DNA from: a virus
Taxonomy: Duplodnaviria; Caudoviricetes
DNA length: 64,000 bases
Reading direction: 5' to 3' (one strand)
Virus record (IMG/VR): IMGVR_UViG_3300033072_000420
Coordinates: 4,961 to 68,960 of that record
Shown: positions 47,259-57,193 of the stretch, in pieces
Layout of the letters: each line of letters begins with the position of its first letter
Position numbering within the stretch: position 1 is the first letter of the stretch
Program-made: the position numbers and the translations under genes
Notes under the pieces: generated by a model
The model's database searches: none
The model's input: the letters and a program-made list of their open reading frames with translations, nothing else
Told to the model about the DNA's origin: nothing

Positions 47259-47333
47259 GAGATGTCCTTTGTTTATGTGAGCATGACTGTGGAGTCATCT
47301 GGGACACAGGATTGCGTGCATGTCAACCCTGTA

Positions 47334-47351
47334 GTTCCCCATAAAATTAAC
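47334..47351 (-). promoter_or_regulatory. Putative late promoter motif GTTAATTTTATGGGGAAC upstream of the 1336-aa fibre
   Basis: Overlaps the stop of 47347 gene; followed on the - strand by ACAGGGTTG/CAATCCTGT and ATGACT/AGTCAT hairpins. Confidence 0.5.
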
Positions 47352-47691
47352 AGTGGTCCTTAGTTGGATCGAACGGATTCAGTGCATTCGTACACACCCA
47401 AGTTGCTATCTGGAATCTCCATCCGTAGCCCTTGCCTCTGTAGCGGATCAATCGATCACTCACTGTCCACTCTTTTGGCAAGTCGAAGAACAGCAGAGTG
47501 GCAAGTGTGATCTGCGTTAGAAAGTCCACAGTGATCATAATCACAAGGACAGGAGACGCACCTATAAGAACCCACTTGTTGGCGACGCTACGATTGTGCC
47601 AGAGGTTGACCGCCGCTAGGTACAGCGTGTAGAACACCAGCAAGAATGTCCACAACCCGAAGACAACGGATAGAAGATGGAAGGCTGTCAT
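47347..47691 (-). CDS. Small membrane protein typical of fibre-gene neighbourhoods
   Basis: Two TM segments, ends LNPFDPTKDHC. Confidence 0.7.
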   Translation of the reverse strand: MTAFHLLSVVFGLWTFLLVFYTLYLAAVNLWHNRSVANKWVLIGASPVLVIMITVDFLTQITLATLLFFDLPKEWTVSDRLIRYRGKGYGWRFQIATWVCTNALNPFDPTKDHC

Positions 47692-47712
47692 TGGTGTACT
47701 CCCCTGATAGAC

Positions 47713-48252
47713 TTAGGCAGCCACGGGCCACGAGAATGATGGCATCTGCGCCAGGAACTGTGAAACCGTGGGAAGGCTTTGAGTTCCAGCCTCAACAGCC
47801 GCCAGAATCTTGTAGGCCAGCGCGTTGCAGTTGTCCATCCAGACTGCGAAGGCTTGGCCTTCCGCCTGGAAGGGGCCTGCATAGCCTGCACGCAACGCAC
47901 ACGTGATTCGGTTGTCGTAGTTCTTTTCCTTTGCACGGAGATCGAACATGGAATCCAGGGCGGCAGTGTACTGAGCAATCAGTGCCGCTTTACCAGCCGC
48001 GATTTCATCGGCTGAGAGCTGATAGACCTCCCAGGTTTGAGTCCACTGAGTGCCAACCAGAGAGTATCCGGTGGAGCGCACGCCCTGTGTGAGTGGGTCG
48101 TAGGAAGGAGCCGACGTTTGAGTAACAGGGTCGAACCCAACTTCGTCGAGCACAGCATCTGTGATGATTTCAGGGAGGCTGATGTCGGGGCGGGCGGATC
48201 GAATGTCCGAAAAGGTGACGCAGAGGTTTCCAGTTGTGCGATCGCGATACAT
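47713..48252 (-). CDS. Tail fibre assembly chaperone-like protein
   Basis: P.YDPLTQ...WTQTWEV N-half and YDNRITCA.RAGY.GPFQAEG.AF..WMD C-half. Confidence 0.65.
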   Translation of the reverse strand: MYRDRTTGNLCVTFSDIRSARPDISLPEIITDAVLDEVGFDPVTQTSAPSYDPLTQGVRSTGYSLVGTQWTQTWEVYQLSADEIAAGKAALIAQYTAALDSMFDLRAKEKNYDNRITCALRAGYAGPFQAEGQAFAVWMDNCNALAYKILAAVEAGTQSLPTVSQFLAQMPSFSWPVAA

Positions 48253-48254
48253 GA

Positions 48255-49109
48255 TTAGACGTTTCCTGTATTGGTTGATGGGTAAGCTCTTCCGGGTCCC
48301 CAGATAATGCGGATGCCCCCGTTGTCGTTTGTGTTGGCGTCACCTATGTGGAGATTCAGTACTTCTCCTGGAGTGACAGGTACGTTGTTGACGTAGCAGA
48401 GGCCACCACCCTGACCACCGTTCTTTGTTGATGATGTGTACTGCCAGTAGACTCCACCCTGACCGCCCCCGTAAAGGGGGTCTCCGCCCCCGACAGTGCC
48501 GCCGACAGAACCACCAGATCCACCGCCACCACCAGACTGACCACCTGAAGGTCCCGCGACGGTGGCATTGCTGCCTGCATATCCGTTGGTTCCCTGCCCC
48601 AGGAGACCGACACCACCGCCATCGGGTGAGTACATGAAGTTGGAATCGGCGGGACCAGCCCAAGCTGCTCCACCGCCTCCACCTCCGCCACCACCCGATC
48701 CGGCGGTCGCGGCAGTGCCATTGAACGCTCCGCCGTTTCCTCCGTTCCCAGCATATCCTGCTGCACCACCCCCACCCCCGGCGGCGTAAGTCGCTCCGGT
48801 GTTAGCCCCTGGTGTCCCTCCAGTGAAGGCCACGTATCCGGTATAGCCCGCAAAGTTTCCGTTCTGCGCACGGCATATCACTGTCGTGCCGTCGGAGCGA
48901 GTGACCGTCGACGCGCCTTGGCCCGAGCTTGAGTTGTACGTGAGATCCGACAGACGACCGGGCTGAACACAAACGACGCATATACTGGTGACACCTGCTG
49001 GAACAGTCCACGTTCCGTCGAATACGTTCCCGTTCGTGTAATAACCAAACACGTACTGCCCCTGTACGACGCTTGGGGCAGCACACATGATGAGACCCAA
49101 CGTGCTCAT
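48255..49109 (-). CDS. Glycine-rich adhesin/fibre-tip protein (gp38-like architecture)
   Basis: ATGA coupling (MSTLGLIMCAA...), WTVPAGVTSICVVCV, multiple poly-Gly tracts, IRIIWG C-motif. Confidence 0.68.
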   Translation of the reverse strand: MSTLGLIMCAAPSVVQGQYVFGYYTNGNVFDGTWTVPAGVTSICVVCVQPGRLSDLTYNSSSGQGASTVTRSDGTTVICRAQNGNFAGYTGYVAFTGGTPGANTGATYAAGGGGGAAGYAGNGGNGGAFNGTAATAGSGGGGGGGGGAAWAGPADSNFMYSPDGGGVGLLGQGTNGYAGSNATVAGPSGGQSGGGGGSGGSVGGTVGGGDPLYGGGQGGVYWQYTSSTKNGGQGGGLCYVNNVPVTPGEVLNLHIGDANTNDNGGIRIIWGPGRAYPSTNTGNV

Positions 49110-50050
49110 GCCATGGCCTTTCCAAGGACAACTCCGTTCCAGGTTGTTCCACCATCGTGTGTGAAGAACCCAAGCACGTCGCGACCAGATGCTGTAAGGG
49201 TGGGGGCTGTTCCACCTGCCCATTTCACACCGGACCACCAAGTGATAGTTGCTGATCCTCCGTTGGTGAGATCCAACAGGAAGAGGCCGACGGTCAGTGC
49301 AGCTGGGACGTTGCTGATGGTTAGCGTAGTGGCACCGCTGATGGTCTTGCTGAAAACATTCCCTGTCGACAGGTCAATGTTGTTGGCAGCCATCGTGACC
49401 TTGGTTTCACGCAAGGCGACAGTCGTCAGTGTCTTGTTGGTGAGTGTTTCAGTACCTGATGGTGTTATGAAGTCGGTCCCAGCTGTCGCTGCAACTAGGG
49501 ATCCGGATGAGCCCTTCAAGACACCCGCCGGAACCGACTGCAACATGGAGGCCATTGTAGCGGCCTGAAGAGTCGTGTACCAAGAGGATGTGCTAGAACC
49601 GAAGAGCTCAATATATCCGTTGACCGGCAGGACTACCGGAGTGTTGACGGCCAGTCCATCAAACGAATGCCCAGATGCTGGGTACACATTCAATGCGTTG
49701 GCCCCACGATTGATCACAACCGCGTACTTCCCACCGGCTGCATTCGGCAGGACGACACCAGATCCCGCGGCGACAGTCGTTACGACCGCGATGTCCGTCG
49801 TTATGGCAGTCGCGGTTCCTTGGGTTGTGCCAGCAGCTGACACCGTGTTGTTGCTCGACCCCAGAAGTCCCGGAGCGGAAACCCCTGGTTGGAGGCTTGT
49901 GATATCAGTGTTGGCTCCGGAAGCCGCCGCTGAAAGAGCGGTTCTTGCGGCGGAAGCGCTGGTGGCTCCAGTGCCTCCGTATGCTATCCCCAAGGTCCCA
50001 CTTGAACTTGCGCCCTGGCCCAGTAGAGTTGCGTTTCGAGCTTGAGTCAT
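49106..50050 (-). CDS. Short fibre protein
   Basis: IAYGGTGAT, AASGANTDITSL modules; C-domain VKWAGGTAPTLTASGRDVLGF. Confidence 0.75.
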   Translation of the reverse strand: MTQARNATLLGQGASSSGTLGIAYGGTGATSASAARTALSAAASGANTDITSLQPGVSAPGLLGSSNNTVSAAGTTQGTATAITTDIAVVTTVAAGSGVVLPNAAGGKYAVVINRGANALNVYPASGHSFDGLAVNTPVVLPVNGYIELFGSSTSSWYTTLQAATMASMLQSVPAGVLKGSSGSLVAATAGTDFITPSGTETLTNKTLTTVALRETKVTMAANNIDLSTGNVFSKTISGATTLTISNVPAALTVGLFLLDLTNGGSATITWWSGVKWAGGTAPTLTASGRDVLGFFTHDGGTTWNGVVLGKAMA

Positions 50051-50076
50051 TTGAATCTCTCTATTGAAATGTGTGA

Positions 50077-50097
50077 AGAAGGGGCATGGCCCCTTCT
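50077..50097 (-). terminator. Hairpin after the 1976-aa fibre gene (weak terminator/processing site)
   Basis: AGAAGGGGC-ATG-GCCCCTTCT perfect 9-bp stem; weak U-tract. Confidence 0.45.
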
Positions 50098-50098
50098 A

Positions 50099-53000
50099 TC
50101 ACTTGTACTGAGACTGAGATGCGAGAACCGTGTAGGTTGCACTGGCTGTCTTGATGATGGTCAAGTTGTAGACGTCGATTCCGCTCGCGTTACCGGCCGT
50201 CGGCGCAGTGCCACCCAGCCACTTCGGGGTCACAGCACTACCGTCAATCTGGTAAGCAGACTGATAGTAAGCAGTGGCCCCCTGAGTAGCCATGATTGCG
50301 ACTGTGACCGAATCCCCGATGCTCATCGCAGTGTTCAGGGAGGTCCCAGAAGAGAATGCAATGTTGATCGTCCAGTTGTTGGCCGCGTTGGTCGTGAAGT
50401 ACTGAACCGCACCATTGTTGACGTACACTGTCTGGGTTGCCGACGGTGCTGCCGCAATGATGTTGGTCAGTTCCTTCGCGTTCTTCAGGGCGATAGCGAA
50501 GGTCGAAGTGCTGCCACTAAAGGTCTGGGTGTCAGTCCATGTGTTCTGGGCCGAAACCGAGACTGCGCTACCCCAGGACGGGACCGCGCCAGCACCATTC
50601 GACATCAGGAACTGACCCGCCGTTCCGGTGAGACCCGAGGCCCCCAGCCCCAGTGCACCAGCACCGTCTATCTTCATCACCTGACCCACAGCGGTGTTGA
50701 ATACTATGGCCCCCTTAGTTCCTGATCCTGAGGTCGCGGCGGTTATCTGCACGTTACCAGCGGCACCTGAGCCTGAGGCGATACCGCTAGATAAGTTGAG
50801 CGTTCCTCCGTTGCCAGAGCCAGAAGCGTTGCCCGCACTGAGGGAGACATTGCCTGCATTGCTAGTGCCCGCCCCGTTGCCACCGTAAAGGGTGACGTTA
50901 CCACCAGCCACGTTCGTACCCGTGTTGTTGTACCCGGCACTTATGGAGACATCGCCACCAGCAGTCGAGGACGAACCGTTCAGGGTCATGATTGGTGCAT
51001 AGACCGTAGCAGAAGCTCCGGAATAGATGTTGACACTGCCACCAGATGTGACAGTGTTGCCCGTTCCACCTGTGATCGTGACCGTACCTGCAGCACCAGT
51101 TGACGAACCGTTGGAAGCACCCGCGTTGATGTTGATGCTACCACCAGCGCCTGTCGTACTCCCACCGGACGCTGCAGTGATGTTTATGGTGCCACCTTGA
51201 CCAGCACTGTCACCCTGACCTGAAGATATGTTGACGCCACCTCCGTTTGCCCCAGAACCAGACCCGGCTGCACCACCGCTGAAAGTTACTGCACCACCCG
51301 ATGAAGAGGAACCTCCATTAACGGATAGCGAGGCCCCTCCGTTGAGTACTCCCCCGGTTGTTGTACCAGACCCACTGAACAGCTGGATGCTCGACCCGAC
51401 TCCGGTAGCTGTCGTTCCATCCGTGACCGCGTTGGTCCCCTGGATGGTAACCAGCGAGCCAGAAGCGACAGTCCCACTCGAGTTCAGGGCTGCGAGTCCA
51501 GGCTGCAACAGGATACCGCCTCGGCGGCGAGCCTGCGCAACAGTCGCGAAAGCAGTCCATGCCGAGGTAGCGCCACCACCAAGGATAGCGACGTACCCGT
51601 TGCCTCCCGTGTTGCTGGCCGCACCCGTGCCTGTACCCGACTTGAGCTGCAAGGCGTATCCAGTACCACCCGCGTTATCCGGAGTAGTTACAGTGCCCCC
51701 AGACGTGTTGGCGTTGACATTGAATGCGTAGGGCAACGTGAGAGTCGAACCGACACCACTGAAGCTGAAGGTGTTGGAAGGACCAGCAGCTCCAGCGTTA
51801 GGGGACAGATAGAAGGTGCCGCTCTGTTGGATCTGCGGAGCCGATGTCGAGTACGTGCCACTGAAGGTGAGAGACGAGCCGTCGGTCGTGATGCCCGACG
51901 TGAAGCCAGTCGTACCCGGGGCTGTCTGGTAGAGGATCTGACCAGTGGTGCCCCCAGAAACTGCACTCGCAACTCCGATCGCAAGGGTGCTATAGGCGAA
52001 GAACTCGACCAGATCACCAGCCGAAGCTGCAGTCGTGAGCACCACAGTCGCACCGTCCGTTGCCGTGTAGTCAGCAGGGGCCAGCAACCCTGAGTTGACA
52101 AACACCTGGAGATAGCCAACCGTGTACGAGACGTTGAACGAAGACACGGTCGTGGCCACTGTGACAGTGGTTCGCGTGTACGACACTGTTGATCCCGTGG
52201 TCGACTGCCAACTCACGTTCGTGCCATCCGTTGACAAGAACTTCCCAGCGTTGCCTGTCTGTGTAGGAAGGACCGCGTTAGCAGCCCCAGCTTGAGTGGT
52301 TGCACCCGTACCTCCGCTGGCGAGCGGGAGAGTACCAGTCACGCCAGTAGTCAACGGAAGACCAGTGGCATTCGTCAGGGTGACTGCAGACGGAGTTCCC
52401 AGGTTAGGAGTCACCAGCGAAGGAGACGTGGCGCGCACAACGGAACCTGAGCCCGTCGATGTCGTCACGCCAGTACCACCAGAGGCCACTGGCAAAGTGC
52501 CAGTAGTCAGTGTAGTAGCGGAGGTCGCATAAAGGGCACCACCCGAAGTGAATCCAGTCAAGCCAGTTCCACCGTATGCAGTGTCGATGGTCGTGGCGTT
52601 CCACGTTCCGGAGGTGTATGCCCCGTTCCCATTGATGGCTGCAGTTATGGCCCCACTACCGTTCATGATAGCGAGAACCAGATCGGTGTCTGCCGCCGAT
52701 CCCCGCTGCATCATCAAACCACCCAAGGTCGAGTTCGTGACGATCTGAGGAACGACTGAGTTGTTGTACGCTGACTGCAGGGTAGCTGTTGATATGCCGG
52801 CGGAAGCCCCGATTGATTCACCGAATTTTGATACGGCCAGGAATCGGGCGTTGTTCGTGTCGTTCAGCGACGTGCAACCCTTGGTGACACACAGAATCCC
52901 GATCAGCACTGCGTTCTGTACCAAGTTGGGGAACACTGTGAATGCTTCACCCGCAGCGCCTCCGATCGCGGCTGCCAGATTCTGGTAGATTGCTTGGCCG

Positions 53001-56000
53001 TACTGAACTGCGAACGCACCGTTGAGGCCAACGTAGATCCGCTGGCATGTGGCTTGGTTCGTTGACCCACTGATGGCCGTGATCGTACCAGCGACATCGT
53101 AGTTCAGGGGATCGATGTTCGTGTAGAGCGTTGCGTTGCCGCCAGTCTGAGTGCGATACAGGAACGACACCGGATTCAGCGCAGCCAGGGGGACTTGGCT
53201 GGGGCTGTATGTACTGGACGTGAAGTTGAGGCCGAAGCTCGACAGATAACCCGCCGTCGTGTTGAACGTGAGGTTCGCCCCGTTGGCGTAGGTTGAGATC
53301 CCGCTGTTGATGATGCGGATCGGTTGCAGGAATTCTCGGACCTGAGCCAGTGACGAGTAAGCCACATCGGGCATCGGGCTCAGTACGGTGATGACCGTCT
53401 TGTTGGCGTGAGCGACAAACCCCAAGAAGATCATCTGACGACGCTGCTGAGGCGTCGGGAACGTGTTCAGGTACTGAAGAGTTCCGGTGTTATCGAGGAG
53501 AACGTAAGTCTGTGTGGCTGTAGTCAAAAACGCGGGCGTGATGTTTGTCGCGCCAGCGAAGTTCACTTGGGTTATGGTGGGTGAAGCCGGGTTCGTTTCG
53601 TTGTTGACGATGATCCCGGTAGTTGCACCCACGTTGAAGGTTGTGCCGCCGACAGTTCCGGTTATGGCCGCACCAGTCAACACGCCGGTTGACAATGCGT
53701 TGGTGGCATACGAAGAGGCAGAAGCCGGAGCGTAGTCGACCCCAGACACGGCTGCTGTGAATGCAGATGTGCCGTTCCCCTTCACCAATCCGGTGATCGT
53801 AGTGGCTCCAGTCCCACCGTGAGCAACGTCGACTGTCGATCCGTTCCAGGTACCGGACGTGATGGTTCCGACAGTGGTGAGGCTAGAACTCACAACGTTT
53901 GCTGCAAGTGTAGTGCCCGTCAGTGTACCAGCGGCGGCTGTCACTGTCCCGGAGCCACCCAGCGCGATCGCGGTTCCATTGACAGTCACCGAGCTGTTAG
54001 TGAGTGCGCTGTTAGGGATGTTGCTGAATGTGTTGGAGCCACCGCTGATGGCTTTGTTCGTCAGGGTCTGAGCTGATGAAATGTCAGCTGCCTGAACACC
54101 ATTGAGCTTGATGACCCCAGTCCCCTTGGTGCTGAGATTCAGGTCGACATTGGTGTCGCCACCAGCAGACGAAATCGTCGGGCCATTGAGTGTGGCGGAA
54201 TTGGTGAAGGTCAGCCAGTTGACAGCAGAAGCGGTGCTACTGAAGACGGTGACTGCTTTGGCACTAGCGTCGTTGATCTGGCCGATCTGCGGTGTAGTGA
54301 TTACCGGACTTGTAGCCAGCACCACACTACCAGACCCTGTTGTGGCAGCCGCGCTGATGGCGGTTCCGTTACCCTGAAGGATGCCCGAGACCGTGGTCGA
54401 CAGAGTGATGGCCGGTGTTGAGCTAGCAGTCGCAACAGTTCCAGCGAAGCCATTAGCAGACACTACGCTGACAGTAGTGACTGTGCCGCCTGAACCCGTA
54501 GCAGTCAGAGTGCCACCCGTGAAGCTCAATCCAGAGCCGACTGTCACGTTTGAGAAACCACCGGAGCCATTTCCGTAAAGGATGGACGAACCCGAAGTTG
54601 CCGGGGCGTAATCAGTCCCGGCCACTGCAGCCGTCATCGCGGCCGTACCGTTACCTTTCACCAACCCGGTGAGTGTCGTTGCTCCGGTTCCGCCATTGGC
54701 GACAGCCACCACCCCTGTGACGTTCGCTGCAGTTCCAGTCGTGTTCTGGTTCAAGGTAGGAACGTCGCCGACCTGGATGGCCGACATCGTCACGTTGGTT
54801 CCGTTACCGCGAAGGAACGAGCCCGCGGTCACAGCACCTGCGAGCGCGTTGATAGCGCCCTGTTGAGTCGTAGCACCAGTCCCGCCGTTGGCAATCGGCA
54901 AGGCCGATCCCGAGTACGAGATAGCGATAGTGCCTGAAGAAGTGACCGGGGAGTTCGACACCGACAGGAACGCGGGGACCGAAACACCGACGCTCGTGAC
55001 TCCATTCACAGGGGCGGGCGACCATGTCGGGGTGGCTCCGGGACCTGCGGAAGTCAGGATTTGACCGGCAGTTCCGACCGAACCATTCAGGGAAATGGTT
55101 GTGGTGGCACCCAGACTCAAGGATGTGCTGACAGTCGGGCTGCTGAGGGTGAGGCCCGAGATAGTCGTTGCAGTGGCGCCGAGGGCTACACTGGTCGTAC
55201 CAAGCGTTACCGAGCTGTTCGTAAGACCAGAATTGGGGATCGTGGAGACAGCAGTGACAGCTGATGTACCGTTTCCTACCAGGAAACCGCTCAATGTGGT
55301 GGCACCTGTCCCACCGTTAGCGACGGCGACAACGCCAGTCACGTTGGCAGCAGTGCCTGTCGTGTTCTGGTTAAGAGTGGGGACGTCACTGGCCTGGATC
55401 GCTGACATCGTCACGTTGGTGCCGTTACCACGTAGGAAAGTTCCGGCTGTTACTGCACCAGCGAGCGAATTGATCGCAGCCTGGAGACTGGTCTGCCCCG
55501 TACCACCGCTGGTGACCGGAAGAGCAGTTCCAGACAACGAAAGTGTCAGTGTGCCGGTCGTAGTGATGGGAGAGTTTGTCACTGTCAGGAACGCGGGTGC
55601 CGACAATCCGACGTAGGACACAGTTCCAGTTCCACCACCGCCCCCGGAGACAGTCGTCCAGGAGGGGGCAACTCCAGGTCCACCTGAGGTCAGCACCTGA
55701 CCAGCTGTCCCAACGGAACCGTTCAGGGTTATGGGTGCGGTGCCAGAAAGCGTCAGGGCAGAGAAAGTGCCCGGAGCCGGTGTGGTGGCTCCGATCGTAA
55801 CTCCGTTGATGGATCCTCCGGTCAGAGCCACGTTGGTCGGGTTTGCCATCTCCTTGTTGGCCAAGAGTGTGACGTTCCCGCCCGGGTCCTTGAAGTACAT
55901 CTTCCCGTCAGCAGCATTGACTGCGACTTCCACACCGTTGGCGCTTGTGGTCAGATTCGTTGCTGCGGGGATCGCACTGGCTGTCGTGCTTCCGTACAGG

Positions 56001-56029
56001 AGGATCGAGGAGTATTTTGGAGCGGACAT
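50099..56029 (-). CDS. Very long tail fibre (1976 aa)
   Basis: Mtd_N-like N-domain paralogous to 43248 gene; many GGTG/GNGT modules; Gly-rich beta-helix-like region; C-domain PKWLGGTAPTAGNASGIDVY. Confidence 0.85.
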   Translation of the reverse strand: MSAPKYSSILLYGSTTASAIPAATNLTTSANGVEVAVNAADGKMYFKDPGGNVTLLANKEMANPTNVALTGGSINGVTIGATTPAPGTFSALTLSGTAPITLNGSVGTAGQVLTSGGPGVAPSWTTVSGGGGGTGTVSYVGLSAPAFLTVTNSPITTTGTLTLSLSGTALPVTSGGTGQTSLQAAINSLAGAVTAGTFLRGNGTNVTMSAIQASDVPTLNQNTTGTAANVTGVVAVANGGTGATTLSGFLVGNGTSAVTAVSTIPNSGLTNSSVTLGTTSVALGATATTISGLTLSSPTVSTSLSLGATTTISLNGSVGTAGQILTSAGPGATPTWSPAPVNGVTSVGVSVPAFLSVSNSPVTSSGTIAISYSGSALPIANGGTGATTQQGAINALAGAVTAGSFLRGNGTNVTMSAIQVGDVPTLNQNTTGTAANVTGVVAVANGGTGATTLTGLVKGNGTAAMTAAVAGTDYAPATSGSSILYGNGSGGFSNVTVGSGLSFTGGTLTATGSGGTVTTVSVVSANGFAGTVATASSTPAITLSTTVSGILQGNGTAISAAATTGSGSVVLATSPVITTPQIGQINDASAKAVTVFSSTASAVNWLTFTNSATLNGPTISSAGGDTNVDLNLSTKGTGVIKLNGVQAADISSAQTLTNKAISGGSNTFSNIPNSALTNSSVTVNGTAIALGGSGTVTAAAGTLTGTTLAANVVSSSLTTVGTITSGTWNGSTVDVAHGGTGATTITGLVKGNGTSAFTAAVSGVDYAPASASSYATNALSTGVLTGAAITGTVGGTTFNVGATTGIIVNNETNPASPTITQVNFAGATNITPAFLTTATQTYVLLDNTGTLQYLNTFPTPQQRRQMIFLGFVAHANKTVITVLSPMPDVAYSSLAQVREFLQPIRIINSGISTYANGANLTFNTTAGYLSSFGLNFTSSTYSPSQVPLAALNPVSFLYRTQTGGNATLYTNIDPLNYDVAGTITAISGSTNQATCQRIYVGLNGAFAVQYGQAIYQNLAAAIGGAAGEAFTVFPNLVQNAVLIGILCVTKGCTSLNDTNNARFLAVSKFGESIGASAGISTATLQSAYNNSVVPQIVTNSTLGGLMMQRGSAADTDLVLAIMNGSGAITAAINGNGAYTSGTWNATTIDTAYGGTGLTGFTSGGALYATSATTLTTGTLPVASGGTGVTTSTGSGSVVRATSPSLVTPNLGTPSAVTLTNATGLPLTTGVTGTLPLASGGTGATTQAGAANAVLPTQTGNAGKFLSTDGTNVSWQSTTGSTVSYTRTTVTVATTVSSFNVSYTVGYLQVFVNSGLLAPADYTATDGATVVLTTAASAGDLVEFFAYSTLAIGVASAVSGGTTGQILYQTAPGTTGFTSGITTDGSSLTFSGTYSTSAPQIQQSGTFYLSPNAGAAGPSNTFSFSGVGSTLTLPYAFNVNANTSGGTVTTPDNAGGTGYALQLKSGTGTGAASNTGGNGYVAILGGGATSAWTAFATVAQARRRGGILLQPGLAALNSSGTVASGSLVTIQGTNAVTDGTTATGVGSSIQLFSGSGTTTGGVLNGGASLSVNGGSSSSGGAVTFSGGAAGSGSGANGGGVNISSGQGDSAGQGGTINITAASGGSTTGAGGSININAGASNGSSTGAAGTVTITGGTGNTVTSGGSVNIYSGASATVYAPIMTLNGSSSTAGGDVSISAGYNNTGTNVAGGNVTLYGGNGAGTSNAGNVSLSAGNASGSGNGGTLNLSSGIASGSGAAGNVQITAATSGSGTKGAIVFNTAVGQVMKIDGAGALGLGASGLTGTAGQFLMSNGAGAVPSWGSAVSVSAQNTWTDTQTFSGSTSTFAIALKNAKELTNIIAAAPSATQTVYVNNGAVQYFTTNAANNWTINIAFSSGTSLNTAMSIGDSVTVAIMATQGATAYYQSAYQIDGSAVTPKWLGGTAPTAGNASGIDVYNLTIIKTASATYTVLASQSQYK

Positions 56030-56041
56030 TGAAATTTCCTA

Positions 56042-57178
56042 TTAGAAAGACCCACCATGAATGCCGTTGGTTATGGCACCCGTTGAAGGGTTGACCGTTA
56101 TGCCAGTGCTGAAGCCCAGTCCTTGATATCCACTAGAGGATGCGCCTAGCGCAACAAAGAAGTCCGCGTCGGTGGTCGTCAGCACACTGTTCACGTTCGT
56201 AGCGTTGGTAACTGCAATGCTACCGATGACTGCAGCCACCTGAGCGCCTGTGGCTGCAGTGAACGCTGTCGTCCCATTCCCGTAGGCCAAACCACTCAGC
56301 GTCGTAGCCCCGGTGCCACCGCTACTAACAGGCAGGGCAGTACCTGACAGTGATATGGCGATTGTGCCCGACGAAGTGACAGGAGAGTTTGCCACTGACA
56401 GGAATGAAGGGACAGATACCCCGACGCTAGTCACAGTTCCACCGCTGCCCGAAGTGACTGTTGTCCACGTCGGGGCAGCACCCGGCCCTCCGGAAGTCAG
56501 CACTTGACCGACTGTACCAGAGCTTCCACTGAGCGTCAGAGCCGTCGTAAAATTAGCACTGGCAAGCGTGAGTCCGGCGATGGTCGTCTTGGTGTCGCCA
56601 AGAGAGACTGATGTTGAACCCAACGTGAACGCGCTGTACTGCAGACCCGCATTGGGGATGTTGCTGGTCGTCAACGCGATTCCACCAGCGGTGTTGACGA
56701 CCGTGATGCCACCACCCCCAGAGATGGTGCCGAGGGTGAATCCAGTGCCGTTCCCTATGAGCAGCTGTCCGTCTGTTGGGATTGTTATAGATCCCGTACC
56801 CCCAGAGGACACCGGCAGTGCAGTGCCCGAGAGTGTGACGTTCAGCACACCCGCGCTTGTAATCGGGCTGTTGGCGACAGACAGGAAAGACGGAACTGTC
56901 ATTCCGACCGAGGTAACGCTCCCAGTCCCAGTGACCGAAGTCCACGATGGTGGGAGTCCGGGGCCAGCCGAAGTCAAGACTTGACCAGCGGTCCCGACTG
57001 AAGGCGAGCTGCCTGATGACAGAGGGCCCTGTATTTGAGTGGTTCCTGAAAGCGTACCCTGATTGAGAGTCTTTCCAGTCAGCGTTGGGATGTACGTGAG
57101 GGGTACGAGGGCCGTCGAATCGAGTGGGGCAACCCCGTTAGGGATACCCACATCCGAGGCGGCTACGATTCTGGTCAT
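56042..57178 (-). CDS. Fibre-like protein built from the same modules
   Basis: GTAGQVLTSAGPG..P.W, SVG.SVPSFLSVANSP.TSSG, LPVSSGGTG. Confidence 0.75.
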   Translation of the reverse strand: MTRIVAASDVGIPNGVAPLDSTALVPLTYIPTLTGKTLNQGTLSGTTQIQGPLSSGSSPSVGTAGQVLTSAGPGLPPSWTSVTGTGSVTSVGMTVPSFLSVANSPITSAGVLNVTLSGTALPVSSGGTGSITIPTDGQLLIGNGTGFTLGTISGGGGITVVNTAGGIALTTSNIPNAGLQYSAFTLGSTSVSLGDTKTTIAGLTLASANFTTALTLSGSSGTVGQVLTSGGPGAAPTWTTVTSGSGGTVTSVGVSVPSFLSVANSPVTSSGTIAISLSGTALPVSSGGTGATTLSGLAYGNGTTAFTAATGAQVAAVIGSIAVTNATNVNSVLTTTDADFFVALGASSSGYQGLGFSTGITVNPSTGAITNGIHGGSF

Positions 57179-57193
57179 AGTCTATCCTTCTGT

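Noticed and set aside
43248-56029. Diversity-generating retroelement, suggested by Mtd_N-like N-termini and repeated segments
   Set aside because: No reverse transcriptase in the window and no TR/VR pair differing specifically at adenines; the repeats differ mostly at synonymous positions
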